From a bacterium (GTDB lineage: Bacteria; UBA8248): DNA of 64,000 bases. Every line of letters starts with the position of its first letter. Position 1 is the stretch's first letter. The stretch lies in assembly GCA_965219955.1 (NCBI GenBank), contig OZ244799.1, positions 2,144,001-2,208,000 on the forward strand. Direction: 5' to 3'. The notes under the pieces were generated by a model. That model was not told the DNA's origin. It made no database searches and was given only the letters and a program-made list of their open reading frames with translations. Positions 59,919-64,000 of this stretch are shown here, in pieces. A program made the position numbers and the translations under genes.

Positions 59919-60005
59919 TGGTGCCGGAGAGAGGACTTGAACCTCCACGGGCCGAAGCCCACTAGAACCTGAATCTAGCGCGTCTACCAGTTCCGCCACT
60001 CCGGC
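59919..60005 (-). tRNA. tRNA-Leu(CAG)
   Basis: Reverse complement GCCGGAGTGGCGGAACTGGTAGACGCG-CTAGA-TTCAGGT-TCTAG, long variable arm, GGTTCAAGTCC and CCA end; 87 nt. Confidence 0.95.
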
Positions 60006-60150
60006 GAGAAGATTGGTAGTCATTCCCTATATCGGGGGGCGAATGCGTTGTCAAGGATTCGAGCCGATGAATCAAACTATCTCGTCATTTGCTATAGTCC
60101 GAGGAAGGGGAGACAACTTCGAACCTGAACCCGGCAAACCAGGGGAAGAG

Positions 60151-60396
60151 ATGCCCAAAATCACGCTCTATACGCGAAGCGAGTGTCATCTATGCGATGA
60201 GGCGAAAGCGGCGATGAGGCGGCACTTCCCGAATCTCGCGATCGATGAGGTCGACGTGGATACCGACCCCGATCTCATCCGCCTGTTCGGCGAGGAGGTG
60301 CCGGTCGGCTATCTTGGCGAAACGAAGGTTTTCAAATATCACCTGGACGTCAAGCGGTTGCGCCGCCTGCTCGATGAGACAGACCCGAAGGCATGA
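60151..60396 (+). CDS. Glutaredoxin-like protein (DUF836 type)
   Basis: ITLYTRSECHLCDEAK ... EVPV. Confidence 0.85.
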   Translation: MPKITLYTRSECHLCDEAKAAMRRHFPNLAIDEVDVDTDPDLIRLFGEEVPVGYLGETKVFKYHLDVKRLRRLLDETDPKA

Positions 60397-61019
60397 ACCT
60401 GCTCGCGTTTTACGGATTCATCACCGTCATCTCGCTCAGCGGCGTCATGTCGCCGGGACCTCTCACGGCATTCCTCATCGCGCGCGGCAGGCAAAGCCCG
60501 TGGGCCGGAATCCAGGTCACTCTCGGACACGCTCTGGCCGAAGTCCCGCTCATCATCGCCTTATATGCCGGGCTACAGCCTTTCTTTGAAATTCAGGGGA
60601 TACGCGAGGGCGTCTCCCTTCTGGGCGGCGGCGTCCTCCTCTATCTGGGGAGCGGCGTATTCAAGAATTTCCGGGCATCCGCCCCCGAGGGAAATAGCGT
60701 TCTTGAGTGCAACTCCCTCACCGGCGGCATTCTGCTCACCCTCTTGAACCCGTATTGGATTCTGTGGTGGCTCACCATCGGCGCGAGCCTCATCTCGCGA
60801 ACGAGCGAATTCGGATGGTTTGCCGGTTTGGCGGGAATGATTTTCGTTCACCTGCTGGCCGACGGCGTGTGGGCCGTCTTCATCACATGGTCGTCGAACC
60901 AGGGGAGTCGCACGATCAGTGAAACCGGCTGGATGAGAATCGAACAAGGCTGCGCGTGGGTGATGCTGGGCTTCGGGGTCTTCTTCATCTACGACGGTCT
61001 GGTGGGACTTATGGCCTAG
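60393..61019 (+). CDS. LysE family translocator
   Basis: SGVMSPGPL, GHALAE and LLNPYWILWW. Confidence 0.88.
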   Translation: MNLLAFYGFITVISLSGVMSPGPLTAFLIARGRQSPWAGIQVTLGHALAEVPLIIALYAGLQPFFEIQGIREGVSLLGGGVLLYLGSGVFKNFRASAPEGNSVLECNSLTGGILLTLLNPYWILWWLTIGASLISRTSEFGWFAGLAGMIFVHLLADGVWAVFITWSSNQGSRTISETGWMRIEQGCAWVMLGFGVFFIYDGLVGLMA

Positions 61020-61948
61020 AGACTCAATTTTTTCCGCCCGTTTTCGATATCCAGGCGAATCTGCCGCACGAGTTCTTCGGGGCCCGAGAACTTTTTCTCT
61101 TCGCGCAAGCGGGAGACGAATTCCACTCGAATGGATTTCCCATACAGATCCCCTTCCCAATCCAATAGGTGGGTTTCGAGAGTTACTTGCTTTTTATCGA
61201 ACGTGGGACGATTCCCGATGTTCGTCACGGCGGGATATCGGCGGCCCTCCCGCCCATCAATCTGCACCCGAGAGGCGTACACCCCGTTCTCGGGAATCAG
61301 GATGGGGGGATAATCCACGTTGGCCGTCGGGATACCGATTTGCCGGCCCCGCCCGTCGCCGCGAACCACCCGTCCCTCTATCATATGGTGCTGCCCCAAC
61401 CGGCGCGCGGCCTCCTCCACCGCACCACTCAGCAACAGCTTTCGTATTTCCGTGCTGCTGACCCGCCTCTCCTCGAACATATAAGGGTCCAGCACGTGCG
61501 TTTCGAACCCGGCGCTCGCCCCCTCTTCCTGCAGGAGTTCGACGTTTCCCGCACGTCCTCTCCCGAAACGGAAGTTGAAACCGATCACCACGAGCGAAGC
61601 TCTCAGGCCCTCGCCGATAATCTGCCGCGCGAAATCCCTCGCCACGGTTTGCGCCAGAGCGGGCGTGAATTTCTCAATCACCACGGCGTCGACGTTCCGG
61701 GCTTCCAGGCGGGCCAGTTTTTCCTCCAGGGTCGTCATCAGGGGGGGGCGTCTTTCAGGAGCAACCACGGAGAGCGGGTGCGGCTCGAACGTCAATATGA
61801 CGCTCCGGCCTCCGCGCCGGGCGGCCTCTTCCTTGATGAACCGGCAAATCTCTCTATGAGCGAGATGGACGCCGTCAAAATTCCCGATACTCAATACCGA
61901 GGGAGAATCCTCAGGATCATAGGCGTCTACTCCCTCGAAAACTTCCAC
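61016..61948 (-). CDS. ribF: Bifunctional riboflavin kinase/FAD synthetase
   Basis: IGNFDGVHLAH, FEPHP, GRQIGIPTAN, NIGNRPTF and ETHLLD. Confidence 0.96.
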   Translation of the reverse strand: MEVFEGVDAYDPEDSPSVLSIGNFDGVHLAHREICRFIKEEAARRGGRSVILTFEPHPLSVVAPERRPPLMTTLEEKLARLEARNVDAVVIEKFTPALAQTVARDFARQIIGEGLRASLVVIGFNFRFGRGRAGNVELLQEEGASAGFETHVLDPYMFEERRVSSTEIRKLLLSGAVEEAARRLGQHHMIEGRVVRGDGRGRQIGIPTANVDYPPILIPENGVYASRVQIDGREGRRYPAVTNIGNRPTFDKKQVTLETHLLDWEGDLYGKSIRVEFVSRLREEKKFSGPEELVRQIRLDIENGRKKLSL

Positions 61949-62247
61949 CGTTCGATCACCTCAAAAGAACCGCGCCTTATGAAAAGCAACTACGAACCAA
62001 AGGTTTCTTTCGAAAATCTTTCTAGCAGAGCGTCGCGCACTTGCGCAAGAAAAGAAAGGGCAACGCTCTATCTCCCACATTTACAAAGAGTAACCGATGA
62101 AAAAACAAAAACTCATTTCCCTTTTCACCCCGATGCGAGTAGTATATTCTCAAGAAGCCGAAAAACTGGACCGGGAGTATGGAGTGTAGATTCACGGTAC
62201 AAGCGACCTACGATCAACGCCGCCAGTAACGTGGAGCAAGGTTTTTC

Positions 62248-63867
62248 ATGAGACCGCCCAAATTATTTTCTTTCCGCATTATTGCGCCTTTCATTCTCGT
62301 TTCTTTATTCTCACCCCTTCTCCCGGACGCAGCCTCAGCCCCGAAACCCACCATGTCTGCGGAAACGTCCTTCGAGCGTCCGCGCAGCAGCGTGACGCCG
62401 CCAAGCATAAGAGGCCCTCGCCTCGCGCTGTCCATGCGAGAAGCCGTGAGCATCGCCCTTGCGCGCAATTTCGACATCACCATCGCCGGGTTCGACCCCG
62501 ACATCGCGGAAAGCAACGTCACCAGAGAACGCTCCGCCTTCGACCCCCAGGCCTTCGTGGACACGAGCGTCAGCAAATCCAAGCTCGGCTCTGCGAACAG
62601 CGCATTCAACAGGACCGGGGGAATACGGGAAGCCGATTCCCTGGGTATCGCGGCCGGCATCCGCCAACGAATCATCACGGGAGCGGAGTATTCACTCATC
62701 CTGCGAAATCTCAGGGAATCGACGAATTCCCCGCAAAACGTATTCGACCCGAGTTACCAAACCAGCCTTACTTTCACCATCGAACAGCCTTTGTTCAAAA
62801 ATTTCGGCATCGATATCAACCGGGCCAGGATCAAGGTGGCCATGGCCACGAAAGAACAAACGCTTCATGCGTATCGAAGCAGGGTTATCCAGACGGTGGA
62901 CGCCGTTCAACAGGCTTACTGGAACCTCGTCTTCTCCATCGAAAATCTCCAGTTCAGGCGAAAGTCGCTCGATCTCGCAAAGGACCTCTTGCGCCGGAAC
63001 AAGATTCAAGTCGAGGTCGGCACGCTCGCCCCGATAGAGATAACGGAGGCGGAAGCCACCGTCGCCTCCCGGGAAGAAGCCCTTCTCGTAGCGGAGCGCG
63101 AAGTCAAGGACAGGGAAGACACCCTCAAGATGCTGCTCAACGTAGCGGAGGAGCCCTCTGCCTGGGGCATCAGCATCCTGCCGAGAGACAAACCGAGGTT
63201 CAGAAACGTACGAGTGGATGAGATGCAACTCACACTCGACGCCTTGCGCAAGCATGCGGAACTGGAGAATGCGCGCCTGGAAATCGACAAAAGAAAAATC
63301 GATATGAAAGTAGCGAAACAAAACCTGCTGCCCGAAGTCAATTTGAACGCGTCGGCATCCAACAACTCTCTTGCGGAAAGCGAAGGGAGAGCCTTCGAGG
63401 AGCAATTCAAGAACGAAAGATACTCATTCTCCGGCGGCGTCTCGTTCCGTATACCCATCGGAAACAGGGGGGCGAAGGCGGACTACCGCCAGGCGCAACT
63501 CAGGCACGCCAAAACGGTGACCTCCTACCATAAAACGCAGCAGGCCATCATGGAGGAAGTTCGCCGCAACGCGCGCAGAGTTCGCGTAAACGTAAAACGG
63601 ATCGAGGCGACGCGCGTCGCCAGAAGGCTGGCGGAAGAGCGCCTCGATGCCCAGGAGAAAAAATTCAAGGTCGGGCTCTCGACGAGCAGAGACATTCTCG
63701 AAGACCAGGAAAGGCTGGCCAACTCCCTGACGCAGGAAACCCGGGCGCTCATCGACTATCACAAGTCTCTCGCCTCATTGGATAGGGCGACACATTCCAC
63801 ACTCGAGCGGTTCCAGATCGAAATGTTCTATCCCGGCGAGGTCAAGGCGAAACCAGCCACAAAATGA
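62248..63867 (+). CDS. TolC family outer membrane protein
   Basis: Two OEP repeats (AYWNL..., KKFKVGLST..D.L); signal peptide. Confidence 0.88.
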   Translation: MRPPKLFSFRIIAPFILVSLFSPLLPDAASAPKPTMSAETSFERPRSSVTPPSIRGPRLALSMREAVSIALARNFDITIAGFDPDIAESNVTRERSAFDPQAFVDTSVSKSKLGSANSAFNRTGGIREADSLGIAAGIRQRIITGAEYSLILRNLRESTNSPQNVFDPSYQTSLTFTIEQPLFKNFGIDINRARIKVAMATKEQTLHAYRSRVIQTVDAVQQAYWNLVFSIENLQFRRKSLDLAKDLLRRNKIQVEVGTLAPIEITEAEATVASREEALLVAEREVKDREDTLKMLLNVAEEPSAWGISILPRDKPRFRNVRVDEMQLTLDALRKHAELENARLEIDKRKIDMKVAKQNLLPEVNLNASASNNSLAESEGRAFEEQFKNERYSFSGGVSFRIPIGNRGAKADYRQAQLRHAKTVTSYHKTQQAIMEEVRRNARRVRVNVKRIEATRVARRLAEERLDAQEKKFKVGLSTSRDILEDQERLANSLTQETRALIDYHKSLASLDRATHSTLERFQIEMFYPGEVKAKPATK

Positions 63868-64000
63868 GTCATCCCCGAATCCTGGGAATGGACTTCGGCG
63901 AAAAGCGGGTCGGGCTCGCCATCAGCGACTCGCTGGGTCTGACGTCCCAACCACTCGGCCTCATCGAAAGACAAAGCGATGAGCAACTGCTCGACGAGAC
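63864..64000 (+). CDS. ruvX: Holliday junction resolvase RuvX/YqgF, 3'-partial
   Basis: MSHPRILGMDFGEKRVGLAISDSLG; ATGA overlap with the TolC gene. Confidence 0.85.
   Translation, partial: MSHPRILGMDFGEKRVGLAISDSLGLTSQPLGLIERQSDEQLLDE

Noticed and set aside
59919-60005. tRNA with long variable arm as tRNA-Sec or as an integration site
   Set aside because: The anticodon is CAG (Leu) with a normal 7-bp acceptor stem; no integrase or duplicated 3' end was seen.

Overview
High-GC chromosomal window from a diderm bacterium (TolC and OmpA-domain genes are present; the taxonomy cannot be fixed from sequence alone). It is mostly metabolic and housekeeping genes: two molybdopterin oxidoreductases, an AttEFGH-like ABC/lipocalin cluster, korAB, trmJ-queA, an IHF/HU protein, a long HspR-containing chaperone operon (clpB-dnaK-dnaJ2-hspR-htpX-grpE-dnaJ-DUF1844-rpoZ), tRNA-Leu(CAG), ribF, a TolC protein and ruvX. 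Three things stand out. (1) The ORF track truncates two convergent genes that are probably selenoproteins: a radical SAM enzyme ending C-U-A-E-P (UGA at 52280) and an ArsC/Spx-like thioredoxin-fold protein with a U-x-x-C site (UGA at 52642-52640). Each has a SECIS-positioned hairpin, and they sit beside an Fe-S carrier and a MarR/flavin-monooxygenase/cyclase unit. This may be a Sec-dependent metalloid-transforming module; that function is inference. (2) About a dozen intergenic regions in the first 47.4 kb are filled with composite repeat cassettes, most of them bounded by one kind of IS-like end (GGGxTGTTGAAAAA...TTTTTCAACAxCCC) and carrying shuffled hairpin modules from at least four unrelated families. 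They land at gene ends, supply stop codons, nest inside each other and show in-place inversions. (3) An internally deleted IS1595-family element carries a Cys-rich secreted passenger gene. All functional calls come from motif recognition; no database searches were run.
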